Both the position numbers and the translations under genes were made by a program. Source: Utricularia gibba (lineage: Eukaryota; Plantae; Magnoliophyta). From it: a stretch of DNA of 64,000 nt. Where the stretch lies: NCBI GenBank assembly GCA_002189035.1, contig NEEC01000012.1:1-64000 (forward strand). Direction: 5' to 3'. Within the stretch, counting starts at the first letter, position 1. Each line of letters starts with the position of its first letter. This document shows, piece by piece, positions 40,131-54,224 of the stretch. The notes below the pieces were generated by a model. It had not been told where the DNA came from and did no database searches. It saw only the letters and a list, made by a program, of their open reading frames with translations.

Positions 40131-43100
40131 AATCCAACTCCTGAATCAAAAAAAGCACTTTATAGGCCCAACCCGGAATTCTTTATTCCATTTAATCCGT
40201 TTTATAGATGGAGGAGACCCCCATGGAACCCAGAAGGTGTTTTTAGAAGAAAAAAACCACGTTCCATTCTCAAATCCTGCGTCCACCGCACACTGTCAAG
40301 GCGAAACCGCCAAGAATCCAAACAGCCACTCGTCGCAACTCTATCATCTACTGGATGGGACTAATGATTTTGTAGCGTCGATGGCTACGCAAATAGGAAT
40401 ACAAAAACAAAAGTTTCTGTTTTTTTGTTTCGAGAAGACAAACTACGACGTCCATTTTCTCCAAAAAAGGGAATTAATCGTGAATTCTGACGGCCGAGGA
40501 GTGTGCAACGGAATCAACGGTGGTTACGGCAACATGGGGAAGGGTACTACTGTTCAGGGTGTCTGTCTTTTTGGGTCACGTGGATAATTATTGACGTCCG
40601 CCTTTGCGTATTTGGAATGTGTGCAATTATTATTGGATATGGATTTTTTTATTATATAACAATAACTAATACCTGAAGTTTTTTAATTCATTTGAATCAC
40701 TGTCAATTACATCATCCATGGAGTTCAATCTCACCGAGATATCAATACCATAAAACACATCTTGAAATTCGATAAAAAGACCAATTTGTTCTTAATACAT
40801 CGAAAAAATCTGGAAGAAATTCCCAAATTTTTGGGTAAAAAGATGATGATTAATTGGTTTCACTGTATTCAAGTCGAATTAGATTGTATTCCGTACAAGG
40901 CTAGTCTCATTTATGTGGACTTAATTACGTGAGGTATTTTCTTAAATGGCGACAAGCAAAGTAATCAGGGGAGGCCGCAATAAAAGAGTTACACAACTAA
41001 TGAAGAAGAAATCCATCAAAATCACATTCAGTGAAAAAAATGAAGTTTAAGTAATACTATCATATGGTGAAACTATTAAAGCCCCTAAACTCTAAATTTT
41101 TAATTTTTCGATTTTGAGACATCAAAACTACTAACTCTTAATCATGTTTTACAATAAGGTAACATGGTCAACATGATTCATAACAAGTTATCTAAAATAA
41201 TTTTGCACTGATCTAAAATAATTTTATTTGAAATAAGTTCCACGTTTAAAAAATAATTTGGTGAAACATAATCAATTCTGCTAAAAAAAGAAGAAAAAAT
41301 CAACAAGTTATTCTTCAGAATTATCAAATTATCAAAAATGCTTTTCAAACTTGCTTTTCCAAATTATCCTTCAACCTATTGAAATTTATTTATAATAAGG
41401 TTTCTTAATATAATAAAAATTTAATATCATATTCATTCGTTCAGATTTACTTAGTAGGTAACTCATTGTCTACGCATAAAAAAGTCTATATTCGATTGAA
41501 AATAATTTATTATTCATATAAATAAAAATATCATGAAAGATGGTTATGACGTGAAAGAATCCACTATTCCCAAATTCTATATGAAAAAAAAAGAAATCAC
41601 GTTGATGATAAAAAAAAATAGACCGATAAATATAATAAAAAATAAATTATTTATTTAATACACCAATATCACTTTATTAAAGTAAGTTATCAAGTATAAA
41701 TTGTTTTTTAATTAGAAATAGTCCCAACCAAAATAATATAAAAAAGCATTGTGAAAGCTAATGCTCGCAGCTAGAGCATTAAAGGGCCATCAATGAAGAT
41801 GCTCGCCAGCATGGTCCTCTCCAAATGGATAATCAATTAATCACTGTATGTTTTTTTTGTATATTTAAAAATAACATTAGTTGCAAATTTTAAAATAATT
41901 TTTAAAATATTTAATGTACTAGCTATATACTTGTATTAGTTGGTAACATATAAATTCAAATTTCTCTATTACTTCCAATTATGTGCATCCAATTTACTTG
42001 AAATATCTGCCATTCCTTAGATTTTAGATAGTTTAGAGTATGATATATGAAATGATCGTTAAAATTTGTTTTCATTTTTTAGTACATCCTTTTATGTAAC
42101 AGTCATGATCACAAACAAATCTCTTGTTAATTCCATTAAAAAGAGGCTATCATCACATCATCATTCTCAATGGTTCTTAAAAAGTCTTCATCTTATTGCA
42201 TTCGATTCAATCATAGCATAATGATCATAAAAAAAAGTCCAAACGGACCCACTTTCATAGTCATTTACATATTTTGCTTGAAGTATGTGCAATTTTGTAG
42301 GTAAAAATCATATAAAAAAGTATGTGGTGTTGTAAGTTTGGTATTGTGACTAATAATGAAATATGAATCGTGTTAAAAATTATTTAAGATGCATGACATT
42401 CAAATTTTACAATTTTAAATTTCCATGAGCTATATTTTGGGGTCAATTTCACTTTTTTTGACATAAATATTCATTATTTTTTTATGATAGTTTATGCAAA
42501 CAAACAAAATTGATCCAATGTTAAGTCTTGGATTTAAAGAGAAAGATGAATATATGAATGCTTGCAGCCTAACAGACCTCACATTCCTCCAAGATCCATA
42601 GATGCTCAGGTGAGCTTCTTTTCCATTCTACCATAGAAGCCTTTGACACTGACTGCTCGAAGTTGTCGACAAGTACATCAACTGACTCGTAGAATTATAA
42701 GACCTACAAAGGTTGACCCCTTTGCATACAGCATCCACTAAGGCCCATCTTAGAGTTGTTCATATATTGCTTGCCATCTAAAGCTTATGATATGTAATTG
42801 TCAAACGACTCTTCAGTGAGGAACCTTGCTCATGTTGATGAAGTTTACTCACCAATCTTGTAGGTGAGAAATAGTCAGGCAATTGTACATTTTACATGTG
42901 AAACATTTGAAATGAAAAGTTCCTTATTGTGTATGTCAGTGATGATGAAAAAAATGGAGTATTGTATTTGGCTTGCATTTATCATCAGTTTGAGACATTA
43001 GATACTTTCTATCCTACAAGTTGATGTATCTTGAGCTTGATGCCCCCCATGCATATGACATACATTAGGGAAACTCTGGTTATCCTAAGAATTAATTTGT

Positions 43101-43759
43101 TAATAATGTACCTACAATTAGTACATACATATGCATGTAACAAGTACATAATTCCCCATAATGAAATAACAACTTGTTAAAATAAGTGCTTTTGGATTGA
43201 GAAATCATTATAGAATGCATGAGTAAGTTAAATCAATTATGGAATCAGTTCTAAGTCTCTTGTATCAAATTTTTAAAAGATGTTTTCAATTATATAAGAG
43301 TAAGTTATATAGTCACACATAATATGTAAAAGATATTTCTATTTTGATTTATAAGTATAGTTTTGTTTGATCTTCTTTTCTAATGATGAGTAACCACCTT
43401 TAGACACCACCTCTTGTATCAATGTTTTGCCTTCTTAAAGTTCATGTATTATATCTAGGTCGGGAATCATGCAATAAGCAGTTGTTGTGTGTCGTTTTCT
43501 CAATATATTTTAATTATAAAAACATAAAATACAATTAAACATATTATAAGTATCAATCATAGGGGTTGAATTTTATGAAAAATATTTTGTGCTAACCTAT
43601 TACAAATTGTCACAGGTTTGTAAGATAGATTTAAAATACTGAACCATGAAATGAACTCTAAGTAGTGGAGCTTGATTAGGAAAATGTGCTGTTAGGAAAG
43701 AGAATTAGTTTTCTTCTTTTTTTATTATCACCTTGGCTTTCACTAATTTATTATGAATA

Positions 43760-45025
43760 ACTGATGACACACATTTTTCCTTAATTTTATAATACAAAAT
43801 AGTTATATTTTATTATGGTTTAGGTTAGATAAATGTGGTTTTTTATGTTTATATGTGTTTAAGTTAATTTTGTGTTTTTATGTTAAAAAGTGGACTAAAT
43901 CCTTTGATTTAGTCCACCACCTTTATTACTAATGTTTGATTAAGTTCAGTAGGAAGATCAGCAGAAAATCAGACTTGCAAACGTGTAGAACAAGTGAAAA
44001 AGGGCGCAATATTCGGAGAGAGACAAAGAGCACTGTTTTGCCGCTACCTGCAGTCTACAAGTTCCGGGCGGGAATAGTGCTGGAGGTCAGGAAGAAATCA
44101 AGACCCACCAAATTATGGACTTGATGGGCCATGAATCTCAGCCCAAGACTTGGTCAAACAATGAAAATTTCGTCTAAGATGCATGGATAAGATAGATATA
44201 TGAAGAAAATCTTCAAAGATTTGGATAGAAGATCTTATCCAAGTCCATCAAATAAGCTCAATACGAATACTTAGATCTACTCTTCTATAAATACCCCACA
44301 TTCTCAACCATTAGAAACGTCTTTGACCACTTTTCCTTTGTATCTTTCCTATTTTCGTGTCCATTTTCATGTTAGAGTTGAGTCCGCGTGTAGGCGCTTG
44401 CGGTTGAGGATCTGCTATGAAGCCTTACTTGCGCAAGTCCTGCATGCATTACTGTCTTACTATGTTTTTCAACATTTAATTTGAGATATGATTCTGTTTT
44501 CATAATGTTTTCTTTACCAACGTGATCTTTAGTACCATATAGCCCTAAGGGAGTGTGGGAGAATCAAAGGTTGGCCTCAAGCACCTAAGGAGAAGGGCTC
44601 AATCGGACATTATTGATAAGTCAAATTCTGTCTAATCTGTTTGCGAGGTGTGAGGTGTAGGAGTTAGATTTGTGTGTGGGGAAAATATGGGTTATCACAA
44701 GAGGTGAAATGACTCTGGTGGCGTGTTTGATTCCATAATCCCACAAAATAAGGGACGGTGCTATAACGGTCACCGAGTAGCACTATTTTAGCATAACACC
44801 CCAAAGCTTGCGCAAGCATTTGCACATGCAAGGGCGAATTTCATGTAAGGTGGATCTTACATCCAAGACCACTTTTCTTATTGTTTTTAAAAACCAAATC
44901 TTTCTTTTGTTTTCAATCTTCTTTAAGTTTTTGTTTTGAAAAGAAAATTCCAATAACAATTCCCTGTGGATACAATCTTATTTTATTATTTCGACGATTT
45001 CTGTGCACTTGCAGAATCACCATCA
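43760..45025 (+). mobile_element. Solo-LTR-like element, same family as 6350-7720
   Basis: Starts TGATGAC, ends ..GCAGAATCACCATCA; internal GGACTAAATCCTTTGATTTAGTCC; TATA CTATAAATA near 44286. Confidence 0.55.
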
Positions 45026-45029
45026 TGAA

Positions 45030-46390
45030 TAAACATTCTGGTAGATACAATAGTAATACTTTTCAATTTACTTTAAATGTTGTTGGAGGTAATCTAGCTA
45101 CTAAATTTACATTCGATAATGAAGTAGCTCAAGTTGATATGTTCTTGCTTTGTTAGCTAGTGGAAAACCTTTTACTGAAGTTGAAAATCCATTCATGTCA
45201 ACTTTTTTTAAAACTAGATTGCAACCTCATTTTATGTCTTTTTCTAGAAGAAAAACTGTTCGGATTGCCTTTGACCAATTTGAAAAGAAAAAAACAGCTT
45301 TAATTTCATCATTTCAATCTCTAAAATGTTGGTTTGCATTGACTGCTGATGGTTGACATGGTAATAATGGTGAGGATTATATTGTTGTCACTGCTAATTG
45401 GATTGATGATTTATGGATTATGCAAAAAAGAGTCTTAGCATTTAGACCTTATGACACTCCACACACAGGTGCCCAAATTGTTCAATTGATTACTAGTATT
45501 TGTGTTGAATATAGCATTGTTGAACGTGTATTATCTATTATTCTTGATAATGCTTCTAATAATTCAAATGTTATTTCAACCTTGAAATCCTCTATTAATT
45601 CTCCTTTAGGTGGTGTTTTTTTTCATTCAAGATGTGTTTGTCATATTTTGAATTTATGTGTGCAAGATGCTTTAAGAATATATGATTTTGCAAATGCTCT
45701 TGTTTCATTGCGTAAGTTGGTTAAGTTAGTCAAGAAATCTAGTCCTAAAAGAGCCATTTTCAAAAATCTTTGTGAGGCTATAGACATTGCATATAGAACT
45801 TTAAAAAAAGATTGTCCAACTAGATGGAATTCTACTCTTCACATGCTTAGATCTTTGTTTCCATATAAGAGTATTATTCCCTTATTTATGAGAATGCATG
45901 TTGATCAAAATTGTTCAATTGATTCTGAAATATTTTTGAAATTTTAAACTTTGTGTGAAATGCTTGATGTTTTTGAGAAGTATACTACTTGATTTAGTGG
46001 TTGTTATTATCCAACAACTCATTTAGTGCTACCAGCTTTAGTTACTATTTCATGTACATTTAAAAAATATGCTGAAGTTGAGTTTTTGTTAGAAATTGTT
46101 TCAGTGATGGTTGAAAAATTGGTTAAGTATTTTATCAATGTTCCTATTCTATTTCTTATCTCCATTATACTTGATCCAAGAGTTAAAGCTACTGGTTTAC
46201 AAATTGGTTTGAAAGTTTATTGTTCTTATATTTGTTCTCTTAAGTTTCCATTATGTCAACCTAATGGTCAATATATGTATGACACTGCAATCACTGTTTT
46301 AAATCATTTGTATGACTTATTTGAGATTGAGACTGGTTGTGCTAGATCTGTTTCTGAGGTGGTAGAATTTGCCAACCTTCTGAAACAGAT
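45030..46390 (+). mobile_element. hAT-superfamily transposase pseudogene
   Basis: Broken ORFs with CWFALTADG(W), RVLAFRPYDTPHTG, ILDNASNN, FHSRCVCHILNLCVQD, TRWNSTLHML, ILDPRVK; stops and frameshifts between them. Confidence 0.88.
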
Positions 46391-47405
46391 GATTTTTATG
46401 CTATGGTTTCAGCTTCTCCTAACAGTTTCACAAAAACCAGTGAGATTGCTTTGTACAATGCAATGCATCAAGTGCAGCATAAAGGAGAAAATTTCCTTTA
46501 CAATAAAAGACCCTATCCATCTTGATTTCAGTTTTCCAGCCGAAAGTGTACAATGGAAGTTGCTAGAAAGTGAGGCAAGGAAGATTTTGAACAAAAATAC
46601 AAACAAAAATGAGTGATGAAAATATCTTCTCTAGGAAGAACACAAAACACAATCTAGAAGAAAAGATTTGGAAGATGAACCTCGAAGAGGATAAAGAACT
46701 TAGCTCACTTGGAGACATTCTAACATTAACACTACTCCCAGCCGAGAGTAGATTTTAATAAATATTTTGAAATTATTTTCTTTAACGTTACTATTTATTT
46801 TCTTACTTTCAAGCTGTGAACTCAGACATGATATTGATGTTATATCATGAACTTTTTTTATTTTCCTTTTATATGAGTAGCTAAGAACCATATGATGCTT
46901 TGGAATAAAAGGAACAAACGTGCTCATTGCTCATTAGACTACCTTATCCGTATAATAATATTATCTTCTTAATAAATTAGGATAAATTCATGAAGGTGAA
47001 GTAATAATTTTCATTTTAAATAACCTTAATTAGAGATAGAACAAAGATTAAGAGAAGACAAAGATTAGGTAGACTTAAACTTTTATTATATTAGATGCAT
47101 GATTTTGGTGTGGATAATGATGCGCATGCTGTTTCTAGAGATCCTAAAGCATCATCTTATTTCATTTTAGATAGAAATTTGATTTGTTCATTTATTACTT
47201 TCCTGTATTTTATTATGAAACTATATTAGTTCTAGATTAGATCAAATCTTTCACCATGATAAAAATGGAATGGATTAGCCTTTACATGACAACCACAAAG
47301 CTTCTTGTTTTTTACCCTGATTCACTATACTCATATTTGTTTTATGATGAAGTTGAACTAGACTTATAAATTTTATTTGATACGGGAATTCACATGTTTA
47401 CGACA
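46390..47405 (+). mobile_element. Truncated LTR fragment, family of 6350-7720
   Basis: ATGAGTAGCTAAGAACC at ~46872; 3' block CTTATAAATTTTATTTGATAC...TACGACA matches the 7650-7700 block. Confidence 0.45.
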
Positions 47406-47779
47406 ACTTGTGAATCTTCCATTTATCAAAATGTCATGCAAAAACCAGAATTTTTCAAGTATTAACAAGTAGTAGTTTTATGTATTGAATGATCACACCT
47501 TGAGCAAGTGAGCATAAATGCATAGTTGGATGCAAAAATCTCTTTAGGGGCATAAACAATATCATTAGTCTTCTTCTGATAAATAATTCTTTCCTCAAAG
47601 CTTATTGTCCATATTATTTGAACATGCAATTCAAATTTTTTTTTAAATTTGTAGATGGAGAACCCTTCTATATGTTTTGAATACATAATATAAAGCTTAT
47701 TGTCCACATTATTCCATATTGTGACAAGTTTACCTTCAATGCTCTTGGAGGATTATTCTTGGATGATACATTTGATGGT

Positions 47780-48300
47780 GGCATGAAATCAATAGGTGTC
47801 ACATGGAGATAATCAGAGGAGGTACTTATAAAACGGCGAATAGTGGGATACCAAAATTGATTCCTCTTAGGCGATATCAAATGGAAAAAGGAGAATTGCT
47901 TTTTACTGTCTATAATGCACAGGTAGGACAACAAGGATCAGAACAGGATGGTGACAGTTGTGCAACCAAAATCTCAAAAGTAGTCGAATTGTAGGAGTTC
48001 GGAATAGCTGACGGTTACATGTCAGCAGGGCCACTTGCACAGCTACAAGGTGCAGAAATTAGCTGACATTTGCAGTATTTAAATGGGGGCAACTTCTCCT
48101 ATAAATAGAGGAATGTTTGAAGGAAAAGAGATTGTACTCTCAATGCATCACTTGTAGTCTTTCTTTCTTCTCCATTAATGAACCACTTCTCATGTGAGTT
48201 TTCTCAGTTCCATGGTTTTTCCATCTACCGATGGTTTCCACGTAAAAACTAATGTCTTCTTTTACTTCTTTCATTCCAACAGCAACACGTAAACTCGAAA
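47780..48300 (+). mobile_element. Solo LTR related to the LTR at 61930
   Basis: CTATAAATAGAGG TATA; CCATGGTTTTTCC..GGTTTCCACGTAAAAA matches the reverse complement of ~62065-62103; ends near CAACA. Confidence 0.55.
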
Positions 48301-51300
48301 ACCATATACAAAATACAAGTAAAATCAATTTCACAACCCTAAAATCAATCATCCTCTACAAAGATCAATTTTCACAAAATAGTTGTGTTTTATGAAAATG
48401 ACCTATACACAGAATTATTTTTCTCCATCACTAATGTAAAATGACCTTTAACGAGTTCTTCATGGTCAACCAATGTGGCATTCTTTGAACTTACTGATAC
48501 GACTCTCCAAACAACAAATATTGGGAAAACTAGATCTTAGGTTTTAAATAAAACAATCATTTATGAAAAGAAGAAGTTGGTCCTAGAGAAATGAATATCT
48601 TTGCAATCCAAACTATAAAAATGGTATCACGCTGTTAAGTGTCATTTTTTATTTATTAATTATAATTTATTATATGTTAATTAAGTATTAAGTTGTCCAA
48701 ATTAGGAGTTATATTGATAAATATTTTATTTTATTAGAAAAATCGAATTATTTTTTTTTTTATATATTTTTGTTGTTTTTTTTTATATGTTTTCACCTAA
48801 AGTATCAAGAAGCAAGTTTTGAGTGTTGCAGGAGACTTGCAAGAGATCAAATGCTAACATTTCGTGACTTGCACGCGATTTGTAACAATTGTGGGTGGAA
48901 GACTATCACTAGTCAGGGCCCCTCACTTACGATATGTGATAAACGAAAAATTTACACGTCGTAAATGTAAATCCTGCTATCAAATAAATTTATAACCTAA
49001 TACACATTAAAACATAATACAATTATGAGCATAGTGATTAGGGTTGAACATGAAGAGCAAGTGCTTGCTATGTGAAAGTTGATACATGAAACTAGTGTCA
49101 CGTTGGTAAAATTGGTTTTAGCTAGGACTAAGGCAGAACTAAAAAAAATACAGTAAATAAAAGTAATAAGTTCTGGAGCTCGGTTGTTTCTGGAATAAAA
49201 TGAGTGATGCCTTGAGACTCCTAGGGGATGTATGCTCATCATTTAACAAGCTCATACAAAACACAAATCATGCAATTAACTCACAAGGTCTAGGTCTATC
49301 CGGACTCTTGTTTTTCCTTCTAATCTTTAGTCTACCTCTAATTAGGATTGTTAAGTTGAGTTTCACTACTTCCCCTCCTGGATCTATCTTGATTTGTTAA
49401 GGAAGTGGCGTGACTTATGGTTTATTAGGTCTAAGGATGGATTAGCATATTTCTCCCCTTTTCACCCCAAGGCACCCCACTAAGTGTTTAGCCACTCATG
49501 CTTAAGACAAACGAAAATAGAAGAGAAAACATCATCCACAATGCATTCATGTCTCAGTCGACTACTAGAAAATAAACAAGCAGGAAATTTAAAAGTTCAA
49601 CATAAATTTGGAAATCGTCACTAGCTAATCTTAGTAAGGAGTAATAATCCTTGGAAAATAGAAAATAGTTTTCAAGCATGAGCTTAGTTCATGTTCGTCT
49701 TCATCCTTCTTCCTCCCCAGAAAACCTTCTCCAGAAAGTTGTTCGTGAGTCTCCAATGGGAGATCTGCCTTCTCTCTCATCTTCCCTCCCTTTTTGTTCA
49801 AAATCTCACTTTTTCATCTCCTTGGACTTTGTGTGTACTCTTTTTCAAACTTATGCCACCTTCTATGCCGCCATACTGTTCATATTCGTCTCCTTGGGAT
49901 TTGTGTTGCGACCTGTGCTGCATTGCTCGAAGGAAACTGTTACAAGGTTGGGACTAAATCGCAGATAAAATGAGGGGAAGAGCACTTTAGTTTTCTGTTT
50001 TCATTTCAATTTTTATGACCATTTGTGATGAAACCTTTTTAGTTTCAGGGAATAGATGAAGTTTCATTCCACGTCTTAAATATCAATCTCGATTCTTTTC
50101 TGAATTTTTTTGAGATTTTGCATAATTCTACATATCATGTTGCAATCTTTCTATAGTGTCTCCTAGTCACGATCCATGAGTAGCAGACCACTTCTCACGA
50201 ATTTTGATGAAGAGGAAGGAGAAGATCAACATCTCCAACTTTATTGACTCGAGGGAGATAGCGAATTCTTTGTGAACAGGATACTACGATAGTGGATGGG
50301 TAGTGACTTCGTACCCGCCATTGGTCATTGGTAGCAACTGCGCACATACGTAGAATTCAATTTTGAAGGCAATCGAAGACAATCATTTTGTCCTCTCAAT
50401 CGTCCAAGAGGGAATTACATGAGTCTATTCTTGAGACTCCTTGCCATTTAGAGTATAAGGGAGAATAGACTATTCATTGCTCCTATAATCAGTTATTCAG
50501 AAGAAATCATTGAAAACCAAGGCTTGGATAAACAAAAGAAAGAAATGGAATTTAATTTACAAAAACTGTTTCCCTTAGTCAAAGTCCATTACTTACGTTA
50601 TATGTTTTATTTCTATATTTCAAAACCCTCTTTTTATAAACCCATGACAATTTGTGAAAGTTTAGTACAAAATACTTTTTACAAAACTCAGTTCATTGAG
50701 ATCGACACTCGTACTACACTTAATTGTGTTTTACGTTTTTCTAAATTAAATTTTTTTGAGGAAATGACACAACACACATCATAGAACAAGGAAATGGGGA
50801 TAATAATTTACACTAGACACCACAGTTAAAACTTTATAAGTTTAAAGTGCTATAAGAACTTAAGATAAGAGTAATACTCTCAGAATACATTACAACCGAA
50901 ACTGATTTTAAATAAGAGTAAGACCTTTATTATATAGATAGAGAAATAAGTCTACATAATATAAAAGCGCTTTTAGTGAATTGGGAAGTTATGCCCCAAC
51001 TTTACACAACTTCATCCAATTTGATTAAGTTGAACTCAATAGCATAATTTTACTGGTTTTCTTGATTGGTACATAATCTCTTAAGAAGATTTTGATTCTA
51101 TTATACTCTTGATCTAGTGATTAGTCCAAGTGAAATTATTTGAGAGGATTAATGTTCTTATTTCATTCATTTTCATTATCCTTATCTATGGTATCCATAA
51201 TCGCGTCATTTATTAATCATTTCCATGTACCATACAATTAATCAAAACAACAATGTCAAACAAAAAAAAAGGATTTTATCAACAAATAAAATTGGCTTAC

Positions 51301-51324
51301 TTTCATGTTTTTTGTAGTACAAAC

Positions 51325-52211
51325 TAGTGGTGCATACGGTTCCTAATCGTACAGTTTTGGTTCGGAACCGTACGTTTCCAAAACCGCGGTTCATTGTGGG
51401 CAACGGTTCCAGTTTCGATTCGGAACCGCATCCCCAAAAACGCTGAACCGAACCGAAACCAGAACCATATAGATGGCTTCGGTTCAAAACCGGAACCAAG
51501 ATTCACGAACCTAACCATAACCAGAACTGATCGGTTATTGTTTGAATGTATTTTCCAAGCACCAATATGAACCATGGTAAATATATGGAAGTGAAGTTTT
51601 TAATAATTATTAATTTTGTATATTTTGATAATATCAAATGATATATTTAATAATGTTCATTTATATTTCACTGGATATATTATATGATATATATGTTAAT
51701 TTATAAAATATATTAATTTAGATTACTTGATAAAATATCTCAATAAAATATAATTAAAATCAATATAATTTGTCTTTTGAGTTTGCATGCCTGGAGCGAG
51801 AACCATTTTCCAAACACCTACACGAGATAATATGGGTGTCTAAGAAGAGTGTCTAAGACCATATCCTGAACACTCACATTTGCTCATGTAAGTGTCTCGG
51901 GAGGGCACCTGAAATCATTTTCCAAGCACCCACATCTCTTGTGGACGTGTTTGGGAAGGGGTGTTAAAGAAGATTTTCAAGACACCCAATTCTCTTGTAT
52001 GGATGTCTGAACCATATGGTTCACGGTTCAGAATCATGAACAGTACGGTTCAACATGGGTCAGTACCATCGGTTCCACGGTTCCAATGATGTTGAACCAA
52101 ACCGAAATCGTACGTTTTCAGAATCGGAACCGGAACCATACGGACATTGATTTCCTAGAATTGCAATTCCGGGTCGAACTGCGGTTCCGGTTTGAACCGA
52201 GCCCACCTCTA
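51325..52211. mobile_element. Non-autonomous hAT element (887 bp) with 8-bp TSD
   Basis: TIRs TAGTGGTG / TAGAGGTG; TSD GTACAAAC (51317-51324) vs GTACACAC (52212-52219); dense subterminal GAACC/GGTTC motifs. Confidence 0.85.
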
Positions 52212-52369
52212 GTACACACATATTCCTTCATCTTGCAAGTTCTAAAATTGTATGTAACATCCTCTAGTTTTTGTCGAAGTTGATCCTCTTAATTTGTTTG
52301 TAAGTTTTATTGCTCTACATATGGATCGAAATTGCTTATTACACTTGATATATTCAATTTTGATGAGCT

Positions 52370-53480
52370 ATGTTGCATTATGGGTTTGTTCTACCCGAGA
52401 CAGATCATTCATTGTTTGTTCTTCATGAGACTAATGATATCATTATACTATTGCTTTATGTGGATGATATAGTGTTTACTGGAAGTTCTGGAGTTGTATT
52501 GGGTCGAATTAAGAAGTTATTAAATGAGACAAACCAAAAATGCCACATAATTCTTCCTAAGACAGACATGAGTTATTATAATTCTGTACCTACTACATGT
52601 GTGCTTTGTGCTCTAACTTTTTGTGAATTTCCAAAAAAATATCGAGCATTGGTAATGGCATTATACTACCTCATTTTGACACAATAAGATAAACCTTTGT
52701 TATGAATCAAGTCTGTCAATATATGCATCATCCAACTAGAACACACATGGATGCTTTAAAGCAAATTTCACGATATGTTTATGGAACCATTTATGATGGT
52801 ATTATTCTATTTCGAGAAGATATGAGTTTGATTGACTTATCTTCCATGAGAATCTTTTTTTAATGTTGATTGGGCTACTATCTGCGTTTATCGTATTTTC
52901 ATTGATGAAAGTCTCATCGGATGGAGGTGTAAAAAGCAACGTACTATAGCTCAATCAAGCACAGGATGGGAATATAGAGGAATGAGTTTTGTTGTTGATG
53001 AAGTTGTGTGGGTTTGGATGTTATTGCATTCCTTGTTGCACTGCTAAGGTGTCTCTATGATTTATTACGATAGCAAGAATTCAATTGCCATCGCTATGAA
53101 TCCGATTTTTCATGAGCATATGAAACACATTGAAATTGATCATCATTTTATATGTGAACGAATTATGGGTGAAGAATTTGATGTGCAATATCTAGCTTCC
53201 AAACAATAGCTCTAGACTTCTTCACTAAAAGTCAAGATCAAAGTCAGCATCTGTATTTGAAAAGCAAGATTGACAAGTTAGATAATACATTGCCATGTTT
53301 GAGTGGGGTTGTTAAGATTATAATTACTCCAACTTGATTTAGGACTTTTGTTATATTTGTATTGTATCATATGGGTTAGGGATCATTAATAGTGACTATA
53401 CATATATACTAATGATGATATGTGAAAGTTGGGAGTATGGGTTTTAGGTTTCCGGTTTGATGTTGTTCATTCTCTCAATT
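52370..53480 (+). mobile_element. Ty1/copia RT-RNaseH relic with PPT and start of 3' LTR
   Basis: TDHSLFV..LLLYVDDIVFTGS (YVDD); degenerate HEHMKHIEIDHHF near 53110-53150; GAGTGGGG tract then TG at 53310. Confidence 0.8.
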
Positions 53481-53529
53481 ATCCACAAGTACATGGGAGG
53501 AATAGTGTAATGATTGTCAATTTTTTTAA

Positions 53530-54056
53530 GGAAAAATTTTATTAAAGCCTAACTTATGTTCTATTTCAATTTTTCCATCAAAGTTTTTTTGTTCAAATAA
53601 AACCATTAAATATATCAAAATCGTTTAATTTTAAATATAAATATATAAATGAATTTTATATTTATGTAAACTCATATTTTCATGGATTTCATTAAAATAT
53701 CATCCAATTTAATAAAAATTTTATTAAATTCATCAAAAATTAATGCAAAAATTGATTTTTTGTCTTTTGATTACAAATAAAATAGTTTTGACATTATTCA
53801 TAATTTTCTATGATGATCTAATTATAACTAAGTTTTTTAGTGAATTATCTTTTATATGATGAAAATGAAAATGTATATATATTTCATGGATTTAGTGAAA
53901 TTTTATATTAAATCAGATTTATCATCATTTTATACAATTCCAAAAAAGCAATTTTTATATTTGAAAAGAAACGGTTTTAATATGTCTAATGACTTTACTT
54001 AAATAAAAAAACTTTATTGGTAAAATACAATTTGTTGGCTTTAATGAAATTTTCCC
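53530..54056. mobile_element. Mutator-like MITE with >100-bp TIRs and 9-bp TSD
   Basis: GGAAAAATTTTATTAAAGCC vs reverse complement GGGAAAATTTCATTAAAGCC; TSD TTTTTTTAA / TTTTTTCAA (8/9). Confidence 0.75.
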
Positions 54057-54224
54057 TTTTTTCAAAATTAACAGGTAGTCTATTATAATCATTTGCATAT
54101 AATTATTGGTTATAATATAAACACAACACAAAAATGTCAAACACTTGAATTTTCAAACAAAGCGTGCTTGACTCGACAGTTGACATTTGCAAGGAAAAAG
54201 AAGGATTAAGAGCGCATCGACTCG

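Noticed and set aside
40935-41050. MADS-box-like peptide GRNKRV..KITFSEK
   Set aside because: Spacing is off, there is no in-frame start and it stops immediately; chance similarity.
42560-43100. Moderately GC-rich stretch that looks like a decayed coding fragment
   Set aside because: Stops in all frames and no motif I can recognise; cannot support any call without a database search.
51242-52283. GAACC/GGTTC repeats as a CRISPR-like or coding repeat array
   Set aside because: Irregular spacing with no spacer structure; explained as hAT subterminal repeats bounded by TIRs and a TSD.
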